Translations under genes and position numbers: made by a program
NCBI RefSeq assembly: GCF_001194135.2
Contig: NC_068989.1
Span: forward strand, 39,460,478 to 39,515,157
DNA length: 54,680 nucleotides
DNA from: Octopus bimaculoides
Taxonomy: Eukaryota
Direction of reading: 5' to 3'
Part shown: piece after piece, positions 24,683 through 38,407 of the stretch
Position numbering within the stretch: the stretch's first letter is position 1
Layout: each line of letters starts with the position of its first letter
The notes under the pieces: generated by a model
What the model was told of the DNA's origin: nothing
Databases searched by the model: none
What the model saw: only the letters and a program-made list of their open reading frames with translations

Positions 24683-26360
24683 ATATATATGTATATATAT
24701 ATACACATACACAAGTCACATTTGTCTGTGTGTATGCAAGTGAGCATTTGTGAGTTGGTATTTCCCTTTCTCTTCACATGTAGGGTAATTGTAAGTAAAA
24801 GTATCACTATTTATACAGGTAGTGCTCTTCACTTGCAGTCCACTATCAAAGAATGTTCAGTTTTTTGGGTTTTTTTTACATATTACATGTTCTTTGTGAA
24901 CAAAAGACTCATTCAAACATTCCCACTTTCTCAGTTTTACTATGTTCTGACTGATCATCGTTCAATAGACCTGGAGATTATTACCTTGCTTTAAAATAGG
25001 TGAAGGTTGGCATCAGGAAGGGCATCTCAACATAGAAAACCCTATTCCAATGTAGTTTCATCTTACTTTTGCAAGCAAAAGAAGGTAGATGTTAAAATGA
25101 TGGTGATGTTTACTAAACATAGCTCCTCACTAATTTCTTTCTTCACAACCTGTGCATCCCGATACTAGCCAAACCATCTGCTCTATTTATCCCACTTCTA
25201 TTTCCTATCACTTTAGCTAAAACACTTCACGACTGTTCCTAAGAACATTATTCTTCCATCCAAGACTTCTGGACAATTATTTTAGTTATTGCAAATAATG
25301 TACTATAGCATAGTGTGTTAGAGGTTTTAGATAAGCAAATCATTGATTTACTGCCTTTCTGATACTGAGGGTAACGAGGGTGTGTCTGTGACTCAGAGAA
25401 GAACAACAATAGCAAAAAACTGATGTTGCTCATGTCAGCTTTGTGACCTTAGTGTTTCTTCGATGATGTTTACATCTGGTTGATATTTATCAATGTAAGA
25501 TACATATAAACAGAAGCTACTGGCTTTCATACAGTTTCTGTCTTCTAAATTTCATTCACATTATAAGAGCAAAATATCCCACCAAGATCGACTTTGCCTT
25601 TCATCCTTTCAGGGTCAAAGAAATAAGTACCAGTTATGCACTGGGGTCGATGTAATCGACTATCTCCCCAAAAATTTTGAGGCCTTGTGTCTACAACAGA
25701 GAGGTTTATAATAGCGTAATATAAGTCTTTGATAGAAGTTTCTTTTTTGCTCAAGGTGACACACAAACAAACATACTCTCACAGCCATTCCTGAATCCGA
25801 CTAATTCTTAAAGCTGCCTATTATCCTCTCAGAATCCTCATCTAATTTCCATTTCAGATCTAATATCTATGCTATCTATCATATACTATCTAACTTATAA
25901 CCTATGTGATTTATGACCACCTGCATTTATGGCATGTCAGTTACAGCTACCATTTACCTATGACTAGTTAATTACAACCAACAAGTTATGCAATAAGTGA
26001 GTGTGAATGTCTGCACCGTGTTTTCACAAGAAAAATTATCTTAACACACAATGCATAACTTGTGCAACTTACTGCATAATTTGTGTTAACTTAATACACA
26101 TTGCATAAATCATGCAACTTAACACAGATATTGTGATTGAACATGCATTGTTCAGAAAATAGAATTAACACATTGCTTGAACTGTAGGAATTACTCCGCA
26201 ACATTTTATTTAAAAGTGGTGTTAGTGTGATATTGTAATTTTGTAGCATAATTCTTTATTGCATTTAAATAGGAAAGAATTTACAGTTTGATTCATCTTC
26301 TGATAAAACGGACCATTGTGTATATGATGTATGTGTATATTTGTATGAACATGTAAATAC

Positions 26361-28086
26361 CTGTGTTTGTGAATGTATGAGCATTTTTATATGAGTGTAT
26401 GCATGCATGTGTGTGCTTCTATGTGTGTATTGGATTTTCTTTTTTAATTCTTCCAATAAAGGATCTCATTTCTAAAAAACATATTGCTATCATGAAATTT
26501 AGATGGCAATAGTATAGAGCTATATGAGGAATTTTAGACAAGCCTTTCATATTTTTATTATTCCACTTAGACTGGTCCCTATGATTGTCTGGAAAACCTG
26601 GTGATTTTAGATTATTATTTAAAAACTAAATAACAGACAAATACACCAATTATGTGAAGATGCATGGCTTATGATTGTAAGGCCATGAGTTCAATACCCA
26701 ATGGCATGATATGTCCTTGAGCAAGATACTTTATTTCACATTGCTCCCATCCACTCCAGTGGCAAAAACGAGTAGTACCAGTATTTCAAAGAGTCAGCCT
26801 TGTCAAGTTGTATGTCACACTGAATCTCCTTGAGAACTAAGTTAAAGGCATATGTGGCTGTGGAGTGCTCAGCCATTTCCACATTAATTTCAAAAGCAGG
26901 TTGTTCTATTGATCAGATCAACTGGAACCCTCATCATCATAACTGATGGAGTGCCAGTACAGGTACACTATTATGATCTACATGTGACTTGATGTAAGTC
27001 CAAAAGAAATACACTTCCTGGAAATATTACCATCCTCTTCAAATTTGCTGGAAACAATCTATGCTGACTTCTTTGATTTTTGTACGTAGAGTATTTCTCA
27101 AGGTCATTGATGAGGTTAAGATTATTCCAGTAATTCTGGGGTCACTTGGAATGTCATTGAAAACTCCCAGCTTGATGTTGCTCATGTCAGTTTTGTGACC
27201 TTAGTTGATGCATTTGTTTTTGCTGCTATTCTTTAGCAAAGGTTTGAATAATACCATATGACACTCAAGGATACTAGAACAGTTATAAGCCTCTTCTACC
27301 ATCGTTTCTGAAAGAGAGAGACATGTGCATATATGTTTGTGTGGGCATTTATATATGTATGTGTGTACAAGTAAGTATTGCTTGTACATGTTTGTTTATG
27401 TGTGTGCTTAAGCAAGTACATGCAGGTATATGCATGCACATATAAATTAATACATGTGTATATATGCATTTACACATGCATATGTAGATGAATATGTATA
27501 CATACACATGTTTATATGTATGTACACCCATGCACAAATGAATGTATGTATTTGTGTGTGCATTTGCATGTATGTAGAGATAATGATGCAAATAAACAAA
27601 CAAAACTGCTTGGGTTAGATATACAAATATACATACATATAAGCAGAGAGAAAGCAAAGACAGGAAAATTTCAGACGATGAATATTCAAGTATAAATATA
27701 TAGTTGTTTATTTATTAACAGGGTAGACTTACACTGAGTACAAATACATAGAAAATTAAAGGGGAGAAAGTATAGCATTACAAGTATACACATGGGTTTG
27801 TGCATATATATACAATTGTATGTATAAAGATATGAGAGTAGGGTGTGCATGTGTGTGACTGAGTGGTTAAGAAGTTTGCTTAGTAATTGCATGTGTTCAC
27901 TGTTAATGCCTGGCATTTTTATCAAACTCTATACTATTGCCATCTAAATTTCATGATAGCAATATGTTTGTTAGAAATAATCTCCTTTATTGGAAGAATT
28001 AAAAAAAGAAAACCCAATGCACGCATACAAGCACATACATGCATGCACACACTCATATAGAAATGTTCATATGCACACAAACACAG
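26361..28086. repeat. Inverted repeat pair, ~160-bp arms (26361-26519 and 27927-28086), ~1.4-kb spacer
   Basis: The left arm ...ttaattcttccaataaagga...catattgctatcatgaaatttagatggcaatagtatagag is the reverse complement of the right arm, with scattered mismatches. Confidence 0.85.
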
Positions 28087-28238
28087 ATATAATTAGTCCC
28101 TTGTAGGCAATAAAGAAATAACAAACCCAGATATTTACATGTTCATACTATTGTTCATAGTTTTATCAATTGTCTTCTACGTCAGCACCAATATGCCCAA
28201 AGTTTTTCCACTGTTATTTAGAAGATAGAAACCACATA

Positions 28239-28451
28239 TAGGTGGGGTGCTGGAAAGTTCCTGGCTTTGGGTGAAAGAAAATACAGGAGGATAACTTAAT
28301 TATGATTTTATTCAATATATTTCACTCTCAGATTCATACACTTAATGCAGAAATCCTTAAGTTTTTCTAATCCTTGTAAAAGAACTCAGAAGGTTGGGCC
28401 AGACCATTTGCAATACCCTTAAAGTCAGGAACTTTTCAGTACCCCCTTGTA
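28239..28451. mobile_element. Tc1/mariner-derived MITE, copy 1
   Basis: TA-bounded TIRs: ta..ggggtgctggaaagttcctggcttt / aaagtcaggaacttttcagtacccccttgta. Confidence 0.85.
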
Positions 28452-28955
28452 GAAGCCTTGATGTACCTAATTCAAAAGGTTAGCTTTGTCACTGGCACTA
28501 GGAAAGGCATCCAGTTGTAAAAACCATGCCAAAGCAGACAACAGAGCTTGGCATAGTCCCTTGGCTCTCCAGCTCCTATCAAACACCCAACTCATGCAAA
28601 ACTTTAAAGGATGATGATGATAATGAACATCATTTTGAGTCATTCTGAAAATTACATAAAAGGTACAAATGTCTGTGGAATTATAGTGCCAGGAAGTGAC
28701 AATGAGAAGTTCATTTCATTGACTGAACTACTGACAGAACTCTTGCCAAAAACTACTGAAGAATTCTTCATAAATGGCGTAAAGAGGCACCAAAAGCAAG
28801 AAATAATTTTGTACCTCCTTCACACATGTACCATTTTACCCCACCCCCAACACTTGCTGTGCCTCTGTTCACCATTCATGTGTGTATATATGTTTGACAT
28901 TGTAAGAACAAGCATGTACATGAGATAGAATGTGTGTGTGTGTGTGTGTGTGCGT

Positions 28956-28990
<35 letters not shown>

Positions 28991-29208
28991 CGTGTGCGTG
29001 CATAATATAAAATTTTGTGCTTCTAAAAGGAGAAATACTATCTATTAGAGGAAATGCGTGTGCATGTGTGTGTGTACCGGTGCCTGTATCTAATCTTATG
29101 TGTATCTGTGTGTATTAACTTGTATCTGTATTTTTGTTTGTCCCATGTGTTTTAGCTTCTATTTTGATTTTAAATATGTTTATGTGCATATAGCTAAGCT
29201 TTGTGTCT

Positions 29209-29248
<40 letters not shown>

Positions 29249-30289
29249 ACATGTGCATATATATATATTTACATATATACATAAACTCACATACAATTAA
29301 GCAAAGGAAGGGGAGAGGAAATAACTTTTGATTGCATACAACTAAAGAAATTATAAAAATTAATTGAAGTCTCCAGGCCACTTTAATTTATCATGTACCA
29401 TTTTTATTGCTAGTTCTCTCATAACTTTACATGATATAACTGGAACCAACCCTTGATATCAACCTCTAATCTACAATTGACACATCCCTTGTAGAGGTCA
29501 GTGCCTTGACATTTTGTTCTCTATAAATTAAACATCAGCACCAATAACATGTATTTCTTGAAGACTATATATTCAATAAAACAAAATTAGTTAAAATGAA
29601 GCCTGATTACACACACATATTTGTGTGTGTTTGTGTGTGTTTCATATGTTTGCACACATACATGTAAGTGTACATGCATCCACATGTTTTTATGTGTTAG
29701 AATGTTTACACTCCACACATCTTCAGTTGATACAGCTTGAGCAAAAGCAGTAACGTCATATTTATGTCTTCTCCTATAAGCAATATGTTCTATAATTGTG
29801 TCTTAAGAGGACAAGCGGGATCACAGACTCCCTTACCTGCAAAACAAGTAAGTTTTTGGCAAGAGGAAGAATATCCAAATGTATAATACTACATCAAAAT
29901 AATGTCTTCACCCAAACCCATGGTACCAGCATTAAAAAGAAAATAGATGTAAAAAGTAAGGAGAAAGACACTGCCATGTTTGTTGCTACATGAAGCACCA
30001 ACTCACACAGCCTTTGTCCAATCACACATAAACTAACAGATACATCTACAAAACTGCTATAACTGCTATTACAATGGCAATGCCCTAAAATATTTATCCT
30101 TACTAAATATTTATTCCCACTTACTCTAAAAATAGCAAAAACATCAATTATAATTCTATTAACCCAAGACATTGTGCTGAGAGACAACAGTAATCAGAAG
30201 AACAGAAACAGTCAGCCAAGACCATATTGCTTGCAACCATAAAAGTAACCAATCACAACCTACAGGTTGGTAAAGCCATTGAGGAAATT

Positions 30290-30960
30290 TTCAACTGGCC
30301 GCTTGATCTGCTAGAAATAGCAGCCAAATTTCCTTCCATTAACACTGTTGCCTTAAGAAAGGAAAGAACACACTAGATGATTTAGCTCTACATAACTCTA
30401 AAAAAGACAGGATGTTCACATGTGGATACCTTTGGTCATAGGTCTACTTATTCAGAGTTGACCTGGGCTAAACAGGTACACAGACAAATCAATGATAAAA
30501 CCTCTAACTGGTCGCTTGGTCTACTAGAAACAGCAGCCAAATTTTTTTCAATCATACCCTGTCATCTAAAAGAAAGGGCACACAGGATAATGTAGTCCAA
30601 GACCCCACCTCCATAAACATTGGAACCCTTGATAGAATGCCTTTGATGATCAGTGGTCTGATCAGAGTTGACCTAGCACTAAGCAACAATAAGTGGCATG
30701 TAGAAACAAACTGTAATATATCCTGACTGCCACATTACAATAAATCACTGCACATGGGAACATGTAATAGGGTTCTCTCTACAAGGCAAAGGTACAGTAC
30801 CTATGGAGTATGGGGTTTAGGGATCAAACCTAGTTGCTATTGTTGCTTAGCCCCCAGTCACCTCTGAACCTGTAGTCCAATGATAAAAGATATACTAAGC
30901 ATGACTACCCAATCTTTTATCCACTTTATGTTTTCCAATGTGTTCTTCCTATTTTAAGAT
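30290..30960. repeat. Cluster of three copies of one ~200-bp dispersed repeat (two tandem at ~30290 and ~30505, one inverted at ~30838)
   Basis: Shared aactgg(c/t)cgcttg.tct.ctagaaa.agcagccaaattt ... cagagttgacct; another copy at ~14410-14560. Confidence 0.6.
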
Positions 30961-31176
30961 GAAGGCATATGGTTTAGTGGTTAGGGTATTTAGTTTATGA
31001 CTGTAACGTCGTGAGTTTGATTCTTGGTGGTGCATTGTATCCTTGCGCAAGACACATGTCATACAGTCTACCTTTTACTCTGAGTGAGAAGCCCTTTGTC
31101 ACCAGCAGAAGTAAGAGCTCTCTGAACTTTGCTCAGGCTATTAATAAGTGAGTAACAAAGATCTACAGGTGTCAAT

Positions 31177-31259
31177 TCATTACAGCCATTTCAAGCGACT
31201 TCTTTAATTGATTAATGAAAACATTACATCATTGCAAAGAAACCATTTTCATCAGATGA
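31177..31259 (-). ncRNA. Decayed hammerhead motif (mirror copy in the left arm)
   Basis: CTGATGA (31255-31249) and GAAA (31192-31189) are retained. Stem III is mutated to ATGGCTGT, which breaks the palindrome. Confidence 0.5.
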
Positions 31260-33009
31260 CTGCATAGACTTGAAACCCAAATGACAAACCAACTGCTTTA
31301 ATACATTCATATCAACAGCGGGGCTCAATTATTTACATTGATTCTGCTGTTATATCTTTGACAAAATATGTTTAGAAAATAGTCTATGTAGTGTCGAACC
31401 TACTAGAATTTAAGGTTAGTAGAGGTTATAGTGGTGGAGAGGAATAATTGTGAGTAGTGACCTAGTTATCTACACTTCAAAGACAATAGGGGAAATGTAG
31501 TCTTCAATCATCCAAAATTAAATCTTTTTGGAGTTGCAGCTGTATTCTAGGCAAAGGTGATAAATTTATCAATATCATGACAACCTACTAGACTAAGTAC
31601 TGGAACCTTATATCCGGCTTTGTCTACACCAAGGGTAAGGCTTGAGGTGGTAAAAAAGGGGTAACACCTGATGGGGAAAGGGTAATAATTGGAAGAAAGA
31701 AGGATAGAAAGAGCTAATAATACTTATTTTGATTGTCATCTTAAAGGAGAAGGTAATGAAAAACTAAAGGAATAAGTATTAGAAATTAGGGGTGGAAGAT
31801 AAGTAACTTAGCATATTTATAATGTTAAAGCAAAATATAATTTAATATATAGATGGAGGCTAGAAGTTATACTTAAAATTTCAATTAAGGGATACTGTAA
31901 GATATTAAGACTTTTCATAAATGTACTGTTAAAGAATATCCTGGTAAATGATGAATGTATAATAGAAATATTTATAATATGAAAAGATATCTATAGTATA
32001 AACTGATATTAAAACTATTCCTATCAAATATGGGTGGGTAAAGATAGGATATAGTAAGAAATGAGATCTAATGTATAGGGTAAGTAAATTAGAGATATTA
32101 GATATATAAAGGAGTGCATTCAGATACAAGATATAAACAAATTTAGTCCTATAATCACATAATGAATATCATGTGTAATTAGAAAATATAAGATCACAGT
32201 ATACAGTGAATTTTATGAAAAAAGTATAAATTGTCACAAATTTACGAGCTGTAAAAACTATAAAAATATATAAAAGGATATATAAAGGCATAAAATTATT
32301 TAAAAAATAAAATATAAGAATTTATAAGATAATGTGTAATCAAAAATATATAACAATATAAAAACCATGAAAATATATAAAAGGGGATATAAGGGCATAA
32401 AATATAATCATATAAAACATTAAAAAAATTATAAAATATAATGAACTTTTAAAGTTTTTCTAAAAACATATAAAAAGATGATATAAAAAGGTATAAAAAA
32501 GATATAAAGAAGGATATAAGATGAAATAAAATGAAAAGATTTTTTATTATGGTATTGGTATATAGAAAAAATTATAGCCAGAATATTATTATCAATAAAA
32601 GATAAAATAAAATATAGATATACCAAGTTTTAATAGAGACAAAATTACCTTTGGAAATATCTAAAGTACATCAAAGAAAATGATCGGGGAAGAATAGTAA
32701 CAGATCTTAGAGGGTGTATCTTATATTTAGGGGAGGTGCAAATTTTAAGAATCCATTATGGGAAGGGGTAAATATATATTGTAATTATTAAAAGTTTATC
32801 AGTCAAAGGGGCTAAGGGTAACTAGAATGCATTATTGAATAGGTTTCAACATCACAGAGTGTAGTCTATGAATGATATGGCATCCTGAATAACTTGTGTC
32901 ACCAAAAATACAGTATGATATAAATATTAATTACCTGCTTCTAAAATATTTAAAGGTACAAGTAATCCTATGAACACACGACACCCTAAGATCTAATTTA
33001 TTTATGCAG

Positions 33010-33092
33010 TCATCTGATGAAAATAGTTTCTTTGCAATGATGTAATGTTTTCATTAATCAATATAAGGAGTTGCTTGAAACAGCTGTAATGA
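33010..33092 (+). ncRNA. Type I hammerhead ribozyme motif, near-intact
   Basis: Stem I TCAT (33010-13)/ATGA (33089-92). CTGATGA at 33014-20. Stem II aaatagtttcttt/taaggagttgctt pairs at 11 of 13 positions including G-U. GAAA at 33077-80, palindromic stem III ACAGCTGT, and a GUA cleavage triplet ending at 33088. Confidence 0.65.
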
Positions 33093-33387
33093 ATTGACAT
33101 CTGTACATCTTTGTTACTCATTCATATTTTATTCACCTACCCTGGAATCTGCACTTCGGAAATATCATGGAAGGTTTTTTTGTATCGTTATATAAAGTAC
33201 ATGTCTGAACAACCAAGAGCAGATTTCACTAAGTTGGGTCATGTTATCTGCATACATTGCATGAATATCAAGTGCAACCACTTCTGTACAGAGTTTGATA
33301 TTCACCTGATATTGTTTGGGTGTACAAATTAGATCAACCTAACAAGGTGTCCCAAATTAAGTACCTAATTCAACTGAATCTTAATAT

Positions 33388-33507
<120 letters not shown>

Positions 33508-33745
33508 TATATATATATATAAATTTTAAATTAAGGGGAAAATAAAGAAAATTTGGATCTTTCTGAATTGACGGGCACCACTTTTCATTTATGTTTTATG
33601 TAGTGCTTTTGATACCGAAACACTTTCAAACTTCGTATACTTGTATATTTTTTTGTTATAGAACAGATAAAAAATTTTGTATTCGAAGTTATTTCATGTA
33701 AAAAAAATTGTCGTATTTCAGTAATTTCAACCAATCACTGACGTC

Positions 33746-34764
33746 TATGAGAATAATATTCGTCATGTTTTATAGCACATCTGATCTGGTACACGGAGCT
33801 TCATCAAAGTGAATACAAATACATAAAAGAAGACAAGAGGAAAGAACAGGACCTCGAGATGAGGAAAGAAGACTTAATAAATTAGAATCATACCATTTTG
33901 CAGTGTAAAGCTTGAAGTCGATGAGCAAATGAATAAACTAGAAAAATAATTGGTGGGTTAATCTTTCTTTAGGGATACCAGGGTGTATAAATATGAAATT
34001 ACTGTTTGTCTAGTATAACCACCACTTGGGGCTACAGTGGTTATTTAGGAAGATAAATTTAGTATTATAATTGAAGGTAAATGCCCTAGCAACTACCTTC
34101 CCTAATGGCAGTCTCCCCTTAGCTGTTATTTACTGTCGTATGGTTGCTTGTTTTCATGTTAGACTGGTTTATATACTGACACAGACGCTCACTGGACACT
34201 TATGACACAGGCTACTTCCCCACACTTTTACTTTATTTACTTCTTTATTTACATGTACCTCTATAATGGTCTAAGATTGCCCTTGGTTTTAAATTTAAAT
34301 GACCAATTATAGGGATGGCTGGACTTTGGTCAATTCCATAATGGACAACAAATGGTTGGTCTTTAGAGTATATCAGTAAGTACACTACTGTAACAACTTT
34401 ATGTGCATGTTTTTGAATAAATATTAATTAGCACAATTTATGAAATCTTAAGTACTATTCTTTTCTAGGCCTATTGGCAAATCCAGATGTGAGTTCTAGT
34501 TTTTCTTTTTATTTATACATCCTAGTACCCCTAAAGAAAGATTAACCCACCAATTATTTTTCTAGTTTATTCATTTGCTCATCAACTTCAAACTTTACAC
34601 TGCAAAATGGTATGATTCTAATTTATTAAGCTTTATTTCCTCATCTCGGGGCCCTGTTCTTTCCTCTTCCCTCTTGTCTTCTTTTATGTATTTGTATTTA
34701 CTTTGATGAAGCTCCATGTACCAGATCAGATGTGCTATAAAACATGATGAATATTATTCTCATA
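33746..34764. mobile_element. Fold-back element: ~250-bp inverted arms (33746-33993, 34510-34764), ~515-bp spacer
   Basis: Arms are reverse complements with few substitutions and one short indel (e.g. tatgagaataatattc.tcatgttttatagcacatctgatctggtaca.ggagcttcatcaaag). Confidence 0.9.
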
Positions 34765-37658
34765 ATTTTCTTTGAAAGCACCAACTGACATAGGTAGCAG
34801 AAATGGCTGTTAGCAATGTTAAAGTTTTGTATTAAAAAAAATAACTGATGGTAGTCAATTTGTTTGTTGATCAAAATTTTCTCCATTTTCTGCTTAATTT
34901 AAATTTGATTCATGATAAACTCTTGTTTATTTTGTTATTACCTGTATCCTATGAGCATAGTATGCTTGCATATCCATGCTCAGGGTTAACATAGGTAATG
35001 TATACTGGTAGTAATAACGGATATTCTTATCCCTTAGATGGTTATTCCAATTGCTAACTGTACTTACCTACACACACACACACATATAGTTTAGTGGGAT
35101 GCAATGCAGTTCCTATGACTGTCACAGACCCTTCAAGACTGGTAGGAAGGAGAGAAATAATTTAGACTAGGACAAACTAGAAACTTAGCCCAAACATTTG
35201 CAACACACTGGACTTTGCTAAATGTACCTAAGGTGCCAAGTGGTGGTGTTGAACAGTGCAGTAGATATGTCTGTCACTTTTAAGTAAGCCATGGTTGGAT
35301 TTGAACTTAGATTGCAAAGACATGGAACAAATACCACAAAGCATCAAATCCAACTTCCTTGCAGTTTCACCTGTCCATCATCCTAGATTAATACCATTTT
35401 TTTCTTTTGCGCTCAAAAGGAAGAAATGCAAAGATGACCTCAGTGAGATTTGAACTCAGAACACAGAGATGCAGAACAATTCTGTGTGGCATTCTATCCA
35501 TTGCTAACAACTTGGATGATCTGTACCTTTAATTGTTATGCAATAGATTGTACTGACTACAAGACTACTTTTATTTTGGTCATGTATTTTCTCTGTAGCA
35601 ATATACTTGAGCATGTCTGTCTATCATATTTTCACTTCTCAACACATAGCATAAAATCACTTCTCTCACATCCCCACTTAAGTAATGGGTCTTTGCCTTG
35701 TGAGTTATCTGGCCACCTCACTAGTGCTAAAATTACAAAAAAAAGACAAGCAAACTCTGTAAAGTGGCTGGCATTCGGTAGCGTATCCAGCCACAGAATT
35801 CATGCAAAAGCAGATATTGGAGCTTGACTTCATCCTGTGGCTCTTTGTATCCTGACAAAGTGTCTAACCCATGCCAGCATAGAAGACTGACATTAAATGA
35901 TGATGGTAGGTGGGGAATACTGAAAATGGTTGAGAAACACTGCTTTAATCCAACATAACTGTTTCTGCCACTATCCAATCACCCTAATAAGGATTTCTAA
36001 CTTAAACTAAAAAATCTGAAAGTTTTAAGGGAAGGAAAAAATTACACAAATCTTAGTATTCAACTGATATCCATTTTCTCAACTTTGGATGAATGCAAAG
36101 CAAAATTTGCCTTGCTAAACAAAAATAATTATTTCTGGTATCAGCATAAAGTGACATATTTTATTGGAGAAATAGTCAAGCTGACCCCTGTACTTAATTG
36201 GTACTTGTTACTTATTTTAAGTACCAGATATAGATGAACAACAAAGTTGTACTCAGATGAATTTGAAAATGGAATCTAGAACAATGCAACTACACTGATT
36301 TAAAAAAAACAAAGTACTTTCTTTAGGCAGAAGACTCATAGAGCCAATTACTAAGTTTCTTTCCAGCATAAAAGTGACTGAGAATGCATTTCCCCTGTAA
36401 AGGATGCTAGTCCATCGTAGAGTTGCTCATTTACAGTTGAGTGGACTGGAGTAAAGTGAAATGAAGTGTTTTGCTCAAAAACACAACAGCCTGCCCAATC
36501 TGGGAATTAAATCACAAGATTGAAAGTTTAACACTCTAACTACTAGGCCATGTTCATTTGTACACATGGCCTAATAGTTTTTAATAATAATAATAATAAT
36601 TGCTCCTAATTTTTTTAAATGATATAATTTCTAATTTCAGCACATGGCCAGCAATTTAAAGAGGGTGTTAGTTGATTCCATAAGCTCAAATATATAACTG
36701 ATACTTAATTTTATTGACCTAGAAAGGATGAGCAGTAAAGTTGACCTCTACAATATTTGATCTTAGAATGTAAAGAGTAGGAAGAATATGAATAGCCACA
36801 AAGCATTAGAGCATTGTAATGAATCTGCAAGGTTACTGCCTTGATAGTAATAATGCTTTCAAATTCTGGCTCAAGACCAGTAATTTCAAGGAGAGGACGA
36901 CTACATCAACTAAAGTATCACTACTTGACTAGTACTGTATTTTATTGACCACAAATGGATAAAAGACAGAGTTGGCCTCAGCAGTATTTTGACTCAGACC
37001 AGAAAGATCCAAAAGAAATGCTGCTAAGCATTTTGTCCAGTATGCTAATGATTCTGTCAACTCACTGCCTTGATAATCGTTTCTTATTTTGTCACAAGGC
37101 CAGTAATTTTGAGGGGAGGGGAATAGTTAATTACATCTATCTCAGTGCTCAACTGGTACTTATTTTATCAATCCTGAAAGGATGAAAAGCAAAGTCAACC
37201 ACAACGGAATTTGAGCTCAGATTGAAGTAAAGATGGATGAAATGTGGCTTAACATTTTTTTCCCAGCATGCTAACAATTCTACCAACTGGCCACCTTAGT
37301 CACTGTCTTAATAATAATAGTATGAGTTTTTTGTTTGATTATAAAATAAAAATTTGCTGGCAGAAGATGAAATAAACTGTATTGAACCCAAGACATGCTT
37401 TGCATTTGCTTTATAGACTTTAGTGAGAAAGATAGGAGGGTGAATGAAAGGTAGAATTAGCCCTAGTGAGATTTGAGTTTATTGTCCTGACAGAGTTGTT
37501 TCCACAGCAAAATGTGAAACAAAAAGATGGAAAATTAAATACTGTACAAATAGAAAACAAAAAAACAACAAAATTTAGTCATTGTTTAGAAGGTATGTGA
37601 CAGTTATTGCTACTGTTTTTGTTGTTGTTATTTATGTTGTAAGATATACAATTATTAT

Positions 37659-37692
<34 letters not shown>

Positions 37693-38148
37693 TTAGTAAA
37701 TAATATAAATCTAACAGGAAATGAAGAAAGTGAAAATATCTCCAAGTCTGACCCCAAAAGTAAAGAGGGTCAAATTGGCTTGAGATCAAAAAGAATCTAT
37801 GTAGCTTAACCTTTGACCTCTCATCTAAAGTAGTTCCTTTTCACTGATTCTTGTTGCCAGTCTGAGAAAACTACTTTACAATTGACTATTGCTTCTGATG
37901 TGAGTCAATCACTAAAGATTTACTGATGCTGACTATCAGTGTCAAGACACTATTTCAACGCTTATATGATAATGATGATGATGATGATTATAATGATGGT
38001 GGTGGTGGTGGTGGTGTGTGTGTGTGTAAAGGTGTTTGTATAATCATAGAGAAATGTATATATGCATCTGCATTTATGTGTTCTTATGTGTGCCTATGTC
38101 TATGCATGTGTTAGAGTATACATGTGCTAATATGTATGCACACACACG

Positions 38149-38216
<68 letters not shown>

Positions 38217-38366
38217 CATAAAGCGACATTCAATCTAGTATCTACTTGAAAGCTACAGTATGAAACTCAGAAGTTACAGAAGCTTTATATTCCAAGAATG
38301 TGTGTTGAAACTATATATACATTCGCATTACACAAATACATATATGTAGTGGTATGCATATGCGAT

Positions 38367-38407
<41 letters not shown>

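Larger units (their letters stand above)
31149..33120. mobile_element. Fold-back element: ~118-bp inverted arms (31149-31266, 33003-33120), each carrying a hammerhead motif, around a 1.74-kb A/G-skewed core
   Basis: Arms align by eye (tgagtaacaaagat.tacag.tgtcaattcattacagc...ttcatcagatgactgcata) with only scattered mismatches. Confidence 0.8.
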
